Source: an uncultured delta proteobacterium
GTDB lineage: Bacteria > Desulfobacterota > Desulfomonilia > Desulfomonilales > Desulfomonilaceae
Reading direction: 5' to 3'
DNA: 64,000 bases
Assembly (NCBI GenBank): GCA_963789265.1
Contig: CAWBKB010000001.1
Span: forward strand, 2,048,001 to 2,112,000
Shown: one piece after another, positions 27,439 to 38,633 of the stretch
Layout of the letters: every line of letters begins with the position of its first letter
Numbering within the stretch: the first letter of the stretch is position 1
Translations under genes and position numbers: made by a program
Notes under the pieces: generated by a model
Told to the model about the DNA's origin: nothing
Seen by the model: only the letters and a program-made list of their open reading frames with translations
The model's database searches: none

Positions 27439-28104
27439 ATGCCGAACAGACAGACTCACGAGACAAAAAAACCGACCGTAATGGTGCCTGACAGCGACCG
27501 GGGAAGGCATAGTGGTTGCTGTTTCATGCTCTTGATCCTTGCTTTGCTCGCACCCGCGATCTCATCAATCGCGGAACCGGTTCAACTGCCTGTCCCAAAG
27601 CACGCCGAATACCGGATCGCGATTCATTGTGCGCTGAATGTCTTACAACTGTGGCGTAATGACCAACTGGTCATAGAATATCCTATCGAAATCGGTAAAG
27701 GAGGGACGGGAAAGCGCAGAAACGGAGATCATCGTACCCCCGTGGGAGATTATGAGATCTCGTGGATGGCTTCTCGGGACAGTGCCGGAGGCCACAAAAT
27801 AATGGACCGTAGAAGTTGGTGCAAAGAAGACTGTTTTAGTGACGCGCCAACGGGCCCTCCTCTTGAAAAACTGTGGACAGATCCATACGGGGGAGACGAG
27901 GCCACGGTTATCAGCATTAATTATCCCAATGTGAAAGACAGACAGAGAGGCTTCACCGGCGACTGCATCCATATCCATGCCAACAAAAAGGCGAGAGATG
28001 GCATCATGGCCAAGTCTTACGGATGCATCCACATGTACCCGAAAGATGCAAAAGAACTGTACGAAATGGTGGAAGTCGGGACGCCGGTCAAGATTCTGCC
28101 TTGA
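27439..28104 (+). CDS. L,D-transpeptidase (YkuD family)
   Basis: GDHRTPVG.Y, IHIH...SYGCIHM. Confidence 0.85.
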   Translation: MPNRQTHETKKPTVMVPDSDRGRHSGCCFMLLILALLAPAISSIAEPVQLPVPKHAEYRIAIHCALNVLQLWRNDQLVIEYPIEIGKGGTGKRRNGDHRTPVGDYEISWMASRDSAGGHKIMDRRSWCKEDCFSDAPTGPPLEKLWTDPYGGDEATVISINYPNVKDRQRGFTGDCIHIHANKKARDGIMAKSYGCIHMYPKDAKELYEMVEVGTPVKILP

Positions 28105-28137
28105 ACCATCGCCGAAGACGGTGGTAGGCCAGCATGT

Positions 28138-29568
28138 TCACTTCTGGTGAGGGGCTTTCATAAACAGATATTCGCCTACATAGGTGATACCGCGCGTGAA
28201 GCGTTTCGCGTCCTGGAGATCGGTCAAAGCTGCACGCATCTGCCGGAAAATTGTCGACGGCCTTAAATAGTAAGATTTCCACGCTTTGTGAGCGAAAATG
28301 TTTATCTCGTCTCCGGAGAGGCCAGGATAGTCATATCTCGCGGTCAAATGTCCTGAAGAAGTAATGCCGACTCCGTCCCTGAGGTAGCCCTCCTCGCGAA
28401 GGTACGAGTTGAACCTGGTGCCCTCATAGGCTGACGCTATGGCAAATTGGGCCGTGTCGGGACTAAGTTTTAAAGCATAGTGCAGTGTCTCGGACATGGT
28501 CTCTGCGGTTTCACCAGGCAAGCCAAACACGAAGCATCCGTGAACCCGCAATCCAAGGCGTCGGCATTCCTTCATGAATTCGTACGCCTGCCTTGTGTTC
28601 GCACCTTTATGTACCGTCCTTAGAATGTCGTCGCTTCCCGACTCAAAACCCACCACAAGGTTGCGAACCCCCGCTGCTTTCATCTTCGCGAGAATTTCCC
28701 CCGGCAACTCGTAGCGGCTACAGCATGACCAGGTGATGTCTTTGCCGCGCAGAGCATCGCACAATTCCAAAACTCTCTCCCGGTCGCACGTGAAAGTGTC
28801 GTCCTCAATCTGGATCTCTTTGATCTGCGGGAGGGTATTATGAATCCAGATCATCTCGTCGGCAACGTCACTTATGTTTCGGGTTCGATACCGGTGGCCG
28901 GTAAACGCCTGAGGCCACAAGCAATATGTGCAGTGGCTGGGACAGCCTCGGCCCGAAAAGATGGAAATGTAAGGATAGTTCAGATAAGGGATCCAGTAGC
29001 GCAGCAACGGGAGATCGCGTCGTATTATTCGGGAGACCCACGGGAGCGAATCCAGATCTTCGAACTTGGGTCTGTCAGGGTTGGTTACGATCTCCTCGCC
29101 GTCCTTCCAAGTAAGCCCTTTGATCTCTGAAATGGGACGATTGCAGCACAGGTCTCGAAGGGGTTCTTCGACTTCACCCCGTATGGCAGCGGCAATTCCC
29201 GGAGCGGAGACAACCTTTTCAGGGACTACTGTGGCATAAGGACCGGCGAACATTACGAGCGAATGCCTTCGAGCTTCAGAAAGAAGCCGGGCAGTCTCCT
29301 GGTCATAGCCGATGGTTTCTTGATTACCGTAAAAGACATATATATCGTATTCGGGGACTGTGCGTAGAAACTCATCCCGCGTCAGACCTTCGACATTGCA
29401 ATCCAAGGCACGAGCGGTTGGGACGGCACCCGCTGCGTAACAGATCCACAATGGAATCCAATGACTGGCCATGCTTCCTTCAGCATTGTACGTAGCTTGG
29501 TACCGACCGCCTGCGCAGGAATCCATGCTGGGGATATTGGGAGGAACGAGAATCAGCGCGCTTTTCAT
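28138..29568 (-). CDS. B12-binding radical SAM protein, HpnJ-like
   Basis: GRGCPSHCTYCLWPQ CxxxCxxC, EDDTFT, GFESG, GLPGET. Confidence 0.85.
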   Translation of the reverse strand: MKSALILVPPNIPSMDSCAGGRYQATYNAEGSMASHWIPLWICYAAGAVPTARALDCNVEGLTRDEFLRTVPEYDIYVFYGNQETIGYDQETARLLSEARRHSLVMFAGPYATVVPEKVVSAPGIAAAIRGEVEEPLRDLCCNRPISEIKGLTWKDGEEIVTNPDRPKFEDLDSLPWVSRIIRRDLPLLRYWIPYLNYPYISIFSGRGCPSHCTYCLWPQAFTGHRYRTRNISDVADEMIWIHNTLPQIKEIQIEDDTFTCDRERVLELCDALRGKDITWSCCSRYELPGEILAKMKAAGVRNLVVGFESGSDDILRTVHKGANTRQAYEFMKECRRLGLRVHGCFVFGLPGETAETMSETLHYALKLSPDTAQFAIASAYEGTRFNSYLREEGYLRDGVGITSSGHLTARYDYPGLSGDEINIFAHKAWKSYYLRPSTIFRQMRAALTDLQDAKRFTRGITYVGEYLFMKAPHQK

Positions 29569-29580
29569 GGAACCGCAATC

Positions 29581-30660
29581 TTAGTTATCAAAGTTCTCTT
29601 TAATTGCTTCAGTTTGAAAATGAATAGCAAGAGGATCGATGAGTTCGTCAAGTTTTCCTGCCATTATGCTTTCCAATTTGTAAAGAGTCAAACCGACGCG
29701 GTGGTCCGTCACGCGATTTTGAGGAAAGTTGTACGTCCGTATCCTCTCCGAGCGATCTCCGGAGCCTACTTGGCTTTTGCGCTCCTTACTGATCTCGGAT
29801 CGGCGTTCGGCTTCCATCCTGTCGAGCAGACGTGCCTTGAGAATCTTCAAAGCCTTGGCCTTGTTCTTATGCTGAGATTTCTCGTCCTGGCAGGTGACCA
29901 CGAGATTGGTCGGCAAATGGGTCACGCGCACAGCGGAGTCGGTGGTGTTGACACTCTGACCGCCGGGACCGGAAGATCTGTACACATCTATCTTGAGGTC
30001 CTTGGGGTCTATTTCCACTTCGAGGTCATCGGCCTCGGGGAGCACGGCTACTGTTACGGCAGACGTGTGTATCCTGCCCTGGGACTCGGTTGTGGGCACC
30101 CGTTGTACTCTGTGCACACCACTTTCGTACTTGAGACGGGAATAGGCCCCATGTCCATGCACCAGCGCTATCACCTCTTTAATTCCTCCGGCAGCGGCTG
30201 AGGACAAGGACATCATTTCAACTTTCCATCCTCTCAGCTCCGCATACCGGCAATATGCTCTGAAGAGATCCCCTGCAAACAGAGCCGCCTCTTCGCCCCC
30301 TGTTCCGGCCCTTATTTCGAGGAACGTGTTTCTGGAATCATTGGGATCCTTTGGTAGAAGAAGCACACTGAGTTGCTTCTCGATCTCGGCTTGCCGCTCT
30401 TTTAGGGCCGGAAGGTCTTCGCGTGCCATCTCCACGAGTTCAGGATCTTCTTGCGCTGATATAATCCCCTCCAGCTCCTCAATTTCGCGCACTACCCCTG
30501 TCAGTCCCCGATAGGCCTTGATAATATCATCAAGGTCGGCCTGCTCTTTTGCGGCCTTCTTAAGCTTATTGGGATCCGAGATGGTTTCCGGACGCGACAA
30601 CTCGCTGCTGAGCTCTTCGTACCGCCGGCTCAATTCTTCTAGTTTATATATTACCTGCAT
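29581..30660 (-). CDS. prfA: Peptide chain release factor 1
   Basis: [29 protein letters not shown]. Confidence 0.97.
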   Translation of the reverse strand: MQVIYKLEELSRRYEELSSELSRPETISDPNKLKKAAKEQADLDDIIKAYRGLTGVVREIEELEGIISAQEDPELVEMAREDLPALKERQAEIEKQLSVLLLPKDPNDSRNTFLEIRAGTGGEEAALFAGDLFRAYCRYAELRGWKVEMMSLSSAAAGGIKEVIALVHGHGAYSRLKYESGVHRVQRVPTTESQGRIHTSAVTVAVLPEADDLEVEIDPKDLKIDVYRSSGPGGQSVNTTDSAVRVTHLPTNLVVTCQDEKSQHKNKAKALKILKARLLDRMEAERRSEISKERKSQVGSGDRSERIRTYNFPQNRVTDHRVGLTLYKLESIMAGKLDELIDPLAIHFQTEAIKENFDN

Positions 30661-30669
30661 TCACTGGAA

Positions 30670-31638
30670 TCAGGCAGGGAACTCACCCCTGGCCCGTAGC
30701 TCCTCTTTTTCCAAAGTAGTCTTCAGCGCTATCAGCGCCACTTCAATCTGATCGTCGTCGGGCTCCCGCGTTGTAAGTTTTTGTAGCCATAGTCCCGGCA
30801 GAAGCAATAAGTTCAACAACGGATTGTTCAGCCGTTCTCCTAGACGTATGATCTCATAAGAACACCCGGCTATAGGGAGCAGGAGAACTATTTTAACAAG
30901 TATAAAGAAAATGTTGGTTGAGATCTTGTTCCCCATAATGTCTTTCGGCAGCAGGGGAAATACTGCTGAGAACAGAAAAATGCTAAAAACCAGTACCAGC
31001 AAAAGAAACGCAGTGCCACAACGGGCATGAAGCGTAGGATACTTCCACGCGTTTTCCACGGTCAATTCTTCACCTTTTTCATACGTGTGAATCGACTTGT
31101 GCTCAGCACCGTGATATTCGAAAACTCGCCGAATTTCTTTGAGCAATGAGATCAGCACTATATACCCGACAAAGATGCTGACCTTTATGACACCGTCGAT
31201 TATGTGAAACCATACGCTCCGCACCCCGATATCGGTTCCCGCAAGAGCGCCTATTCCCAGGGTCGCGAGATGCGGTATCACCACGAACAGGATGACGGCC
31301 GAGCCAAGGGCAAATGCAATGGTCCCGCCCAGCGCCCATGGTCCGAGCTTCTCTTCTTCCTCTCCCAATGCCTCTTGGGCGGAGTAAGTCAGTGCCTGAA
31401 TCCCGTTAAAGAGGGCCTCGTAGAGTACGATGCATCCGCGCAAGAATGGTTTCTTAAGAATGGGCCATCTCTCCATAGGGGAGTGCCATCGATCTTCGCG
31501 AACCGCCAGTTCTCCGTCCGGTCTCCGCACCACAACTGTGAAGGTCTTGGGGGCCCGCATCATGATGCCTTCGATTACAGCTTGGCCGCCAACTTTGATC
31601 TGATTGCTGTCAGTTCCTGAATTATTGCTGATTAACAT
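30670..31638 (-). CDS. DUF1385 membrane protein
   Basis: GGQAVIEG, FEYHGAEHK, RCGT, TTREPD; usual position between rpmE and prfA. Confidence 0.9.
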   Translation of the reverse strand: MLISNNSGTDSNQIKVGGQAVIEGIMMRAPKTFTVVVRRPDGELAVREDRWHSPMERWPILKKPFLRGCIVLYEALFNGIQALTYSAQEALGEEEEKLGPWALGGTIAFALGSAVILFVVIPHLATLGIGALAGTDIGVRSVWFHIIDGVIKVSIFVGYIVLISLLKEIRRVFEYHGAEHKSIHTYEKGEELTVENAWKYPTLHARCGTAFLLLVLVFSIFLFSAVFPLLPKDIMGNKISTNIFFILVKIVLLLPIAGCSYEIIRLGERLNNPLLNLLLLPGLWLQKLTTREPDDDQIEVALIALKTTLEKEELRARGEFPA

Positions 31639-31754
31639 GAAGCTCCATTGTGCCTATTCCATAGGTTGGGACTGTGGATTATGCTTGTCAGGCGGAACCT
31701 ATAAATCCATTTCCCCACCCGCGACGGCCGACTGTCCGGTCCGCTCCCAGGCGT

Positions 31755-32087
31755 TTACTTCTTAGCAGATGCGGCTTTTTCCTTGGTCTTTTCTTTTGCC
31801 TTTGGCTTTGATTTCGCCGCGATGGTAGCCTTGGCCGCAGTCTCCGCTTTCTTGCGTACCTTAGCGGGCTTCTGGCCGGTGGCGATCGGTTTGTCTCCGT
31901 ATTTCTTCATGAAGCGCTCGACACGTCCGGCGCTGTCCACCAGTTTTTGTTTGCCGGTGAAGAAAGGGTGGCACGAGGAGCATATTTCCAGCTTGTATTC
32001 AGGCTTACTAGACCGCGTCACAATCTCCGCGCCACAAGCGCATCTGAAAACCGAATCCTGGAATTCGGGATGTATTCCTTTTTTCAT
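31755..32087 (-). CDS. rpmE: 50S ribosomal protein L31 with K/A-rich tail
   Basis: MKKGIHP...CACG...[21 protein letters not shown]. Confidence 0.96.
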   Translation of the reverse strand: MKKGIHPEFQDSVFRCACGAEIVTRSSKPEYKLEICSSCHPFFTGKQKLVDSAGRVERFMKKYGDKPIATGQKPAKVRKKAETAAKATIAAKSKPKAKEKTKEKAASAKK

Positions 32088-32222
32088 TCCCTTTTCTCCG
32101 TCGATCAGTTTAAGTACTCAAGGTTAACATAGAATCGCCTCGCGAGAAACATAAAAGTGCTACGAGGCGATCCCTCAAGTTGCGGCCGCGGCAAATGTAA
32201 TCATCTAAGCCCGGCCTTACGC

Positions 32223-33476
32223 CTATTTGTTCATTATCTCCAGAAATTCCCGGTTGGAATCGGTCTGCATTATCTTGTCCAGCAGGAATTCCATGGCATC
32301 CACCGAGTTCATGTCCGCGAGCAACTTTCTCAGCAGCCAGATCCTCTGGAGATCTTGCTGGCTTAACAGGAGTTCCTCTTTGCGTGTTCCGGAACGGTTG
32401 ATGTCTATGCACGGGAAGATCCGGCGTTCTAAAAGTCGCCGGTCTAAGTGTATCTCCAAATTGCCGGTTCCTTTGAACTCCTCGTAGATAACCTCGTCCA
32501 TCTTACTACCCGTATCTATAAGAGCAGTAGCAATTATGGTCAGGCTTCCACCTTCCTCAATGTTACGGGCCGCTCCGAAGAAACGTTTGGGACGATGCAA
32601 GGCGTTAGAATCTACACCGCCGGACAAAATCTTGCCGCTGGGCGGAACCACGGTATTGTGTGCCCGGGCGAGGCGGGTAATGGAGTCCAACAGGATGACG
32701 ACATCTCTCTTGTGCTCGACGAGCCTTTTAGCCTTCTCAATGACCATGTCCGCTACTTGGACGTGCCGCTGAGCCGGTTCGTCAAAGGTTGAGGAGATCA
32801 CCTCACCATGCACGGACCGTTGCATGTCAGTCACTTCCTCAGGACGCTCATCAATCAGCAGGACGATTAGATAGATTTCCGGATGGTTGCGGGTAAGGCT
32901 GTTGGCTATCTGCTGGAGCAAGACTGTCTTGCCTGCCTTTGGCGGCGAGACAATGAGGGCACGCTGTCCTTTTCCTATTGGGGTGAGCAAATCCATTACT
33001 CTCATGGAATACTGCGTCGGCCCAATTTCAAGTTTCATTCTCTCTTCCGGATAGAGAGGCGTGAGGTTGTCAAAGAGAACTTTGTCCCGGACTTTCTCGG
33101 GATCTTCTGCGTTTATGTTCTCCACTTTGAGCAGGGCGAAATAGCGCTCCGTGTCTTTGGGAGGCCGAATATACCCCGAGATCGTATCCCCGGTCCGCAT
33201 GTTGAATCTTCTAATTTGGCTGGGGGATACATAAATGTCATCAGGCCCGGGCAGATAGTTGTAGTCGGGTGCCCTGAGGAATCCAAATCCGTCCGGGAGA
33301 GTCTCCAGCACACCTTCGCCTCTGATCGGGGCTTCCTTTTCGGTCTGTTGGTGGGCCTGGAGGATTGCGAAGATCAACTCTTGTTTGCGCATGCTACTTG
33401 CACCCTCGACCTCGAGGGAATTGGCAATAGCCAAAAGTTCACTGACCTTCTTTTCTTTCAGTTCTGCGACGTCCAT
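32223..33476 (-). CDS. rho: Transcription termination factor Rho
   Basis: [33 protein letters not shown] at 33476 after GGAG. Confidence 0.97.
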   Translation of the reverse strand: MDVAELKEKKVSELLAIANSLEVEGASSMRKQELIFAILQAHQQTEKEAPIRGEGVLETLPDGFGFLRAPDYNYLPGPDDIYVSPSQIRRFNMRTGDTISGYIRPPKDTERYFALLKVENINAEDPEKVRDKVLFDNLTPLYPEERMKLEIGPTQYSMRVMDLLTPIGKGQRALIVSPPKAGKTVLLQQIANSLTRNHPEIYLIVLLIDERPEEVTDMQRSVHGEVISSTFDEPAQRHVQVADMVIEKAKRLVEHKRDVVILLDSITRLARAHNTVVPPSGKILSGGVDSNALHRPKRFFGAARNIEEGGSLTIIATALIDTGSKMDEVIYEEFKGTGNLEIHLDRRLLERRIFPCIDINRSGTRKEELLLSQQDLQRIWLLRKLLADMNSVDAMEFLLDKIMQTDSNREFLEIMNK

Positions 33477-33758
33477 GAGGTCTCCTGAATCTCTATTGTC
33501 AATGGGGACAAAGACGATCTTTTGAGGTTCCGTTCGAAGCTTTTTTCGAGATAGGCCAATCAGCGTACGGAGGCGGACATATTGTAAACGGCCCCTACCC
33601 TCTTCAAAAAAATTGTTCCTGCGGCTGGAAGCGTGCTCCTGGGAGGAAGTTCTCAATCGAGGCTATTACTTTTTTAATCAACCCCTGCCAATCTGTCAAG
33701 TCTTTTGTTTTGCAGTTCATGGTTGATTGCCTCACGGTCGCGTCCTATTATGTCACCC

Positions 33759-34493
33759 ATGACGCAACTTCTTCTCCCGCTTACGACTCCACCGCGTTAC
33801 ACCTTCGAGTCCCTGGTCATCCACGAGGGAAACCAAACCGCGGTGCAAACTATTAGGTCCGCATACGGAACAGGGGCACTTCCCCTGCCTCCTCTTTTCT
33901 TGCACGGGCCACCGGGGACCGGCAAGACTCATATACTTCATGCCGTGGCATCCCTGTTGGCAACCCGATTCGCTTCAGAAGACGCCGGCGTCAAATTCAT
34001 ATTGAGGTCGGACGAGCCCCCCGGGTTTCCTGAGCTGCGGGCCCTGGTCTCCGACCCTCAAAGTCCTGTACAGGGGTTGTTAGCGGTAATTTTGGATGAT
34101 ACTCACCTCGTGAGTGAAGAAGATTCAGCGCACCTGTGGAGCTTGTCCAATAAACTGACCCGTTCCGGGGCCCCTCTAATTATGGCCGGACGCACGCCAC
34201 CCGAAGAAGTTTTTCCGACCAACGCTCATCTGCACTCACGTATTCTTTCAGGACTCGTTCTAAGCCTTGAGCCGCCCGACGATCTCATTCGCCTGCTGAT
34301 TGTGGACAAGATGGCTAAAGACAAAAACGTGCGGATTTCACCCGAGGTCTGTCAGTACCTTGTGAGCAGGAAGTCACGAAATATCAAGGAGCTGGAAAGA
34401 CTGCTCTACCTCCTGGACAGGGCCTCTCTCGAACTCAAGAGACGGATTACCATCCCCCTTGTTAAGTCCCTGGAAAGAGAAGGTTTGCTGTAA
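33759..34493 (+). CDS. hda: DnaA-family AAA+ protein, Hda-like
   Basis: QLLLPL clamp motif, YTFE, GPPGTGKTH, L.SR, RRITIP. Confidence 0.8.
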   Translation: MTQLLLPLTTPPRYTFESLVIHEGNQTAVQTIRSAYGTGALPLPPLFLHGPPGTGKTHILHAVASLLATRFASEDAGVKFILRSDEPPGFPELRALVSDPQSPVQGLLAVILDDTHLVSEEDSAHLWSLSNKLTRSGAPLIMAGRTPPEEVFPTNAHLHSRILSGLVLSLEPPDDLIRLLIVDKMAKDKNVRISPEVCQYLVSRKSRNIKELERLLYLLDRASLELKRRITIPLVKSLEREGLL

Positions 34494-34634
34494 TGATTCA
34501 CTTACGCGGCGGGATTGGCGAACTCCTGCCATTGCGAGGAGTCAAACGACGAATCAATCTAAATCCTTAGAGAAAGAGATTGCTTCGCTTCGCTCGCAAT
34601 GACAATCTTTCACCGCTCGTAACTGAATGTTTAC
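34490..34634. repeat. MITE-like element enclosing a REP-like hairpin
   Basis: Imperfect TIR GTAATGATTCACTTACG / CGTAACTGAATGTTTAC; internal CATTGCGAG...CTCGCAATGAC; relative at 41181-41396. Confidence 0.55.
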
Positions 34635-34835
34635 GGTCTGTTTTAACATCGGCTCATGCCCAGGGTCGATCTTCCGCCGGCGTTTTCACTTCCAGCCGGC
34701 AAAACAGAATCAGCTTGAACTACGTTCAGGAACACGATAAACAGGTCCTGGAACGGTTCGGTCGCCGACCGAATACCAGTGCGTCGACCGACGCGCCAAA
34801 TGATTCGGCACGCAGCCGAGGACGCATAGAAAGAT

Positions 34836-36224
34836 ATGAAGTTATTGACACTCTCCAAAGGCCGACTTCCTTGCATCGCAATAGCAGGTGTTTTGGGCAT
34901 TCTCCCTTTCTTCAAGAGTGTGGAAGATCCGAGCGCAGCCCTCTCACGCTTCGTCAAGGTCTTCACAGCGCAGGACGTCGCAGGACTAACAAAGATCATC
35001 CAACCGGAGATAATAACCGATGCGGACGTCAGTACGAAAGATGTTGAACGTTTTCTGAAGAGATTCCGAGGTAATTCCTTGAGCCTCAAGCGTTCAACCA
35101 TTGACAAGAGACTGAAGTCCGAAGACGGCAAAACTGAAAGATTCCAAGCGACTGTCTCATTCCGCGGGCCAGTGCTCGCTGCCAAATACCCGGATCCCTC
35201 AACCCTGGACATGACCCTGCTTTGGGTCATGCAAGACGGAAAGTGGTGGCTCGAACGGCCTCTGTCAATAATGTACTTGGTCAAGTCCCTCGACGCATAT
35301 CCGACCGAAGCCCAAAACGAAATGGCCACACGCTTTGAAACATCCGTCGCGATTCTGGACAAGCTCGGCATCCCCGGCAAGGAGGATTTGGCTTGGGTGG
35401 ATTACCCATTCAACGGTGAGGCGATAGCAGAATACAAGGAATTGGATAGGCTGTATGTGCAAGAACGTGGCCCCAAGGGCGTAGATCCAAAGTCCTCAGG
35501 AGTCCGGGTGCTGTTGAAAGGAGCGAGCCGGAGCCGCAGCGGTCTTCTCCAACTGTACCACGGGGATTTCCCCAGCGGTCCGAAAGACAAGCGGCGACCT
35601 GTTCCTTGGGGCGCGTTCAGGGACTACGCCGAGGCCGCGATCAAACTCGGACACACCTTCGAGAGTCAATCGAAGCCACGAGAGGCAGAGAGGATTTATC
35701 GCCGTGTCATTTCTCTTGGGCGGCAATTCCTGGATGAGCCGGGCGGGTACCAATTTGTGACCTGGGGCATAACTTTTCAGAAACAGGGAGCAGAGGCACT
35801 AGCTCGATTGCTTACCTCAAGTCGAAGTGCAGAAAAAAAACAATTATCAGCCTTTGTGAACCTGGAGTCCCGTAGGCTCGACCTGCTTCAGACCGCTTTG
35901 AAATCTCTGGACGATATGGCTGACTACAAATCTCTGAAGGCTGCGGTACTTGCCGCACATCGAACAGGAGACCCGACATTCGGACCTTGGGGAATTAATA
36001 CGTTGGCCATATTAGCCCTTAAAGGCGCGCCGGCCTGTCGACAGGCCATGAATGCAGCGAGAAGCATGGTGTTGGTTAAGAACTCCGTCATGGAAAAGAA
36101 GGCTTTGGAATCCCTGGATGAACTCGTGTCGGAACGATCGGGAACCGTGACATCATTCATAAAATATCAAAAGGACTGGGTCCGCAGCCATCGGGTTTAT
36201 GGATCGGTCCGGGCTTTCCGTTGA
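34836..36224 (+). CDS. Hypothetical exported protein
   Basis: 462 aa ORF, N-terminal hydrophobic segment. Confidence 0.7.
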   Translation: MKLLTLSKGRLPCIAIAGVLGILPFFKSVEDPSAALSRFVKVFTAQDVAGLTKIIQPEIITDADVSTKDVERFLKRFRGNSLSLKRSTIDKRLKSEDGKTERFQATVSFRGPVLAAKYPDPSTLDMTLLWVMQDGKWWLERPLSIMYLVKSLDAYPTEAQNEMATRFETSVAILDKLGIPGKEDLAWVDYPFNGEAIAEYKELDRLYVQERGPKGVDPKSSGVRVLLKGASRSRSGLLQLYHGDFPSGPKDKRRPVPWGAFRDYAEAAIKLGHTFESQSKPREAERIYRRVISLGRQFLDEPGGYQFVTWGITFQKQGAEALARLLTSSRSAEKKQLSAFVNLESRRLDLLQTALKSLDDMADYKSLKAAVLAAHRTGDPTFGPWGINTLAILALKGAPACRQAMNAARSMVLVKNSVMEKKALESLDELVSERSGTVTSFIKYQKDWVRSHRVYGSVRAFR

Positions 36225-36449
36225 GCCAATCGATCACCGCGGAGAATTCTTTTTTTGCTCGTCTATGTGATGGAGCACTGCAAATTCCGGTCTGTGACCG
36301 TTCGGGCAATGCCTGCCTGACCATACGCGCCTGTGACTGACGTGGAGCCGGATAAGCCGGATTCTCGCTCTGCGGTCTCGCCGCATCCAGCGTCTCGTGG
36401 GTCTGATTGCCCGCTGAACGGTAGCTGATGAGCATCAGCGGCGGGGCTT

Positions 36450-37196
36450 ATGGCGAAATCAATCATTCTAAAGAAATACGACTTCGGAGAAGCCGATGAA
36501 CTGGTTGTTTTCCTGAGTCGTGAACTCGGATGGTTGCGGGGAATCGCAAAAAATGCGAAGAGGAGCCGTGTGCGTTTCGGCGGCCATCTCGAACCACTTT
36601 CTCTCGTCGATCTCAGTCTGAGGCCCCGCAAGAGGGACGACCTGATTTGGATAGACGAATCTCAGGTGGTTCATGGCTTTTTGCCGATTAGATCCGACAT
36701 TGCGAAAGTCGCCCGTGCGCAATACTTCCTTGAGCTTTGTTCGGTCTTCCTTCCTGAGGATCATCCGGATCCGGCATTGTTTGACTTCATTGTGGACTTT
36801 CTCAAACGTCTTGAAACCGCCCTTCCGAACCCCGTACGGCTGCTCTTGGACGAAATCCGGCTACTGGCAATCCTCGGATACGCTCCACGATTCGACCTCT
36901 GTCCGGCCTGCGGCAAATCGTTCGCTCGCGGGGAGGGTGTCTTGTTCGTGCCGCGCTTGGGGGGCGCGTGTCATCCGACATGCGCGGGACCTAAAGAGAC
37001 GGGCACTGTTCCATTGTCACCAAACACATTGGCAATAGTGCGAAGGGGTCTCGAGGTTGGGACCGAGGTTGTCGGCCGGTTGAGGCTCAACAGACCAGGA
37101 CTTCACGAACTCAGACAGGCCCTTTCCGCTTTTGTCCGGTATCAACGGGGAGAGGAAATGAATTCCCTTCTCTTCCTGGAACACATGGGCTTCTAG
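36450..37196 (+). CDS. recO: DNA repair protein RecO
   Basis: GEAD...G.AK.AKRSR.RFGG.LEP, C..CG...C..C Zn finger. Confidence 0.93.
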   Translation: MAKSIILKKYDFGEADELVVFLSRELGWLRGIAKNAKRSRVRFGGHLEPLSLVDLSLRPRKRDDLIWIDESQVVHGFLPIRSDIAKVARAQYFLELCSVFLPEDHPDPALFDFIVDFLKRLETALPNPVRLLLDEIRLLAILGYAPRFDLCPACGKSFARGEGVLFVPRLGGACHPTCAGPKETGTVPLSPNTLAIVRRGLEVGTEVVGRLRLNRPGLHELRQALSAFVRYQRGEEMNSLLFLEHMGF

Positions 37197-37330
37197 AGGG
37201 GGGAGAATGCCTTGGTACTCCATTTCGCAAATACGGTCTCGTATTCTGGTACAGTAGCCGTCATTACCGCGCACGCGGGAATCCAGTAGGACCGGCCTCC
37301 GTGCCGGTTTTCGCGAAACGCCGGCAGGGA

Positions 37331-37541
37331 GAAACTGTCTCAAAACTATCTTGATGCCCAACATCGTGCCACGATTAGGTCTCATTCGTATAGTTGTTAC
37401 ACTCACCCCAACCCTCTCCCAGAGGGAGAGGGAGCTGTACCAAAGAGGCTATTGGAGTCCCCTCGCCCTTTGGGAGAGGGTCAGGGTGAGGGGATTTCGT
37501 GTTACGATTTCGTCCTGTTCAGGGGGTTTTGAGACAGTTTC
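37331..37541. mobile_element. MITE inserted in a GTAG REP
   Basis: 16-bp TIR GAAACTGTCTCAAAAC / GTTTTGAGACAGTTTC, 4-bp GGGA duplication at 37327-37330 and 37542-37545. Confidence 0.75.
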
Positions 37542-37598
37542 GGGACGCCGGCGCTACCGTGCAATTGGCACCGTAATTATGAAATCCCGTACTTAGCC

Positions 37599-38633
37599 CT
37601 AGAAAAGACCGGGCATCTGACTCGATTTGCCGGAAGCTTTTGAGCCTTGGAGAATGCTTTCAATCGGGGAAGGATTCTCCTCTTCTCCGGCCGAGGAGGC
37701 ATTTTTCCCCGCCTTCAAGCGCCGGCTGAGCTTAGTCAGTTTGGCTTGCAGATTTCGACTCTTCTGCTTGGAATGTTTTGCGTCCGCGGCCAGCGCCTCC
37801 GATTGCTGCCGGCAGTGATGTAATTCTTCCTGGGACCGAACGGCCTGATTTTGTAGCTCTCCAACATTATTACGCAATTGGTCTGCTTGTTTGACGGCGG
37901 CTTCGGCTTGGCGGGTAGCCTCCGCAAGTTCCGACTGGAGTCGGTTAACCTCATTTTCCGCATTAGATTTAAGTTTCCTTGCATCAGCCACCGAGTTCTT
38001 TAGCGTCTTGACCAACTCGGTGTTCTCTGCCAATTGCCGATTTAGCCGATCCGCGGCTGAAGACCGCTCTTCCAAGTCCTTGCCGATCTTCTCCAGTTTC
38101 GCCTGAAGTTCTGAAGTGCGAGTCTTATCGGTGGCCTGAAGCGATTCAATTTGGCGACTTAGGTCGGCTACCTGGTTGTCCTTGGCCTTACCATCCCGTT
38201 TGATGGCCGCCAATTCTTGCTCCTTCAACTCCAGATCCTTGCTGAGCTCATCAATGCGCTTGCGCAAACGCTGTGCCTTGTACTCTGCAACCGCTTTGGC
38301 CCCCATGAGAGCGATTCGATCTTCGTTGCGGCTGCCTTTAGCTTCAGACGCTCTTGTCTCGGACCGCTCTTGGCCGAGCTTCTCCGCGGCCCCTTTATTT
38401 GCCATCGTCTCTTGCTCACGCAGGGATCGCAGTTTTTCAACCAACGGCTTGTTTCGGTCTTCACATGTGGACAGTGCTTGTCGGGCCTCATCAAGCTGTG
38501 TTTGAAGATTCGCCAGCGATTTCTCGAGCTGCTGTTTTTGGGTGATGCTGTTTTCAGATTTGGATCCGCCGCATCCTTGGAGGACGAGGGCTAATCCCAG
38601 GATTATCATGACGCTGTAGCTTCGTGGGTTCAT
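37599..38633 (-). CDS. Coiled-coil lipoprotein
   Basis: Lipobox LQGC after hydrophobic stretch; long heptad-rich region. Confidence 0.75.
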   Translation of the reverse strand: MNPRSYSVMIILGLALVLQGCGGSKSENSITQKQQLEKSLANLQTQLDEARQALSTCEDRNKPLVEKLRSLREQETMANKGAAEKLGQERSETRASEAKGSRNEDRIALMGAKAVAEYKAQRLRKRIDELSKDLELKEQELAAIKRDGKAKDNQVADLSRQIESLQATDKTRTSELQAKLEKIGKDLEERSSAADRLNRQLAENTELVKTLKNSVADARKLKSNAENEVNRLQSELAEATRQAEAAVKQADQLRNNVGELQNQAVRSQEELHHCRQQSEALAADAKHSKQKSRNLQAKLTKLSRRLKAGKNASSAGEEENPSPIESILQGSKASGKSSQMPGLF

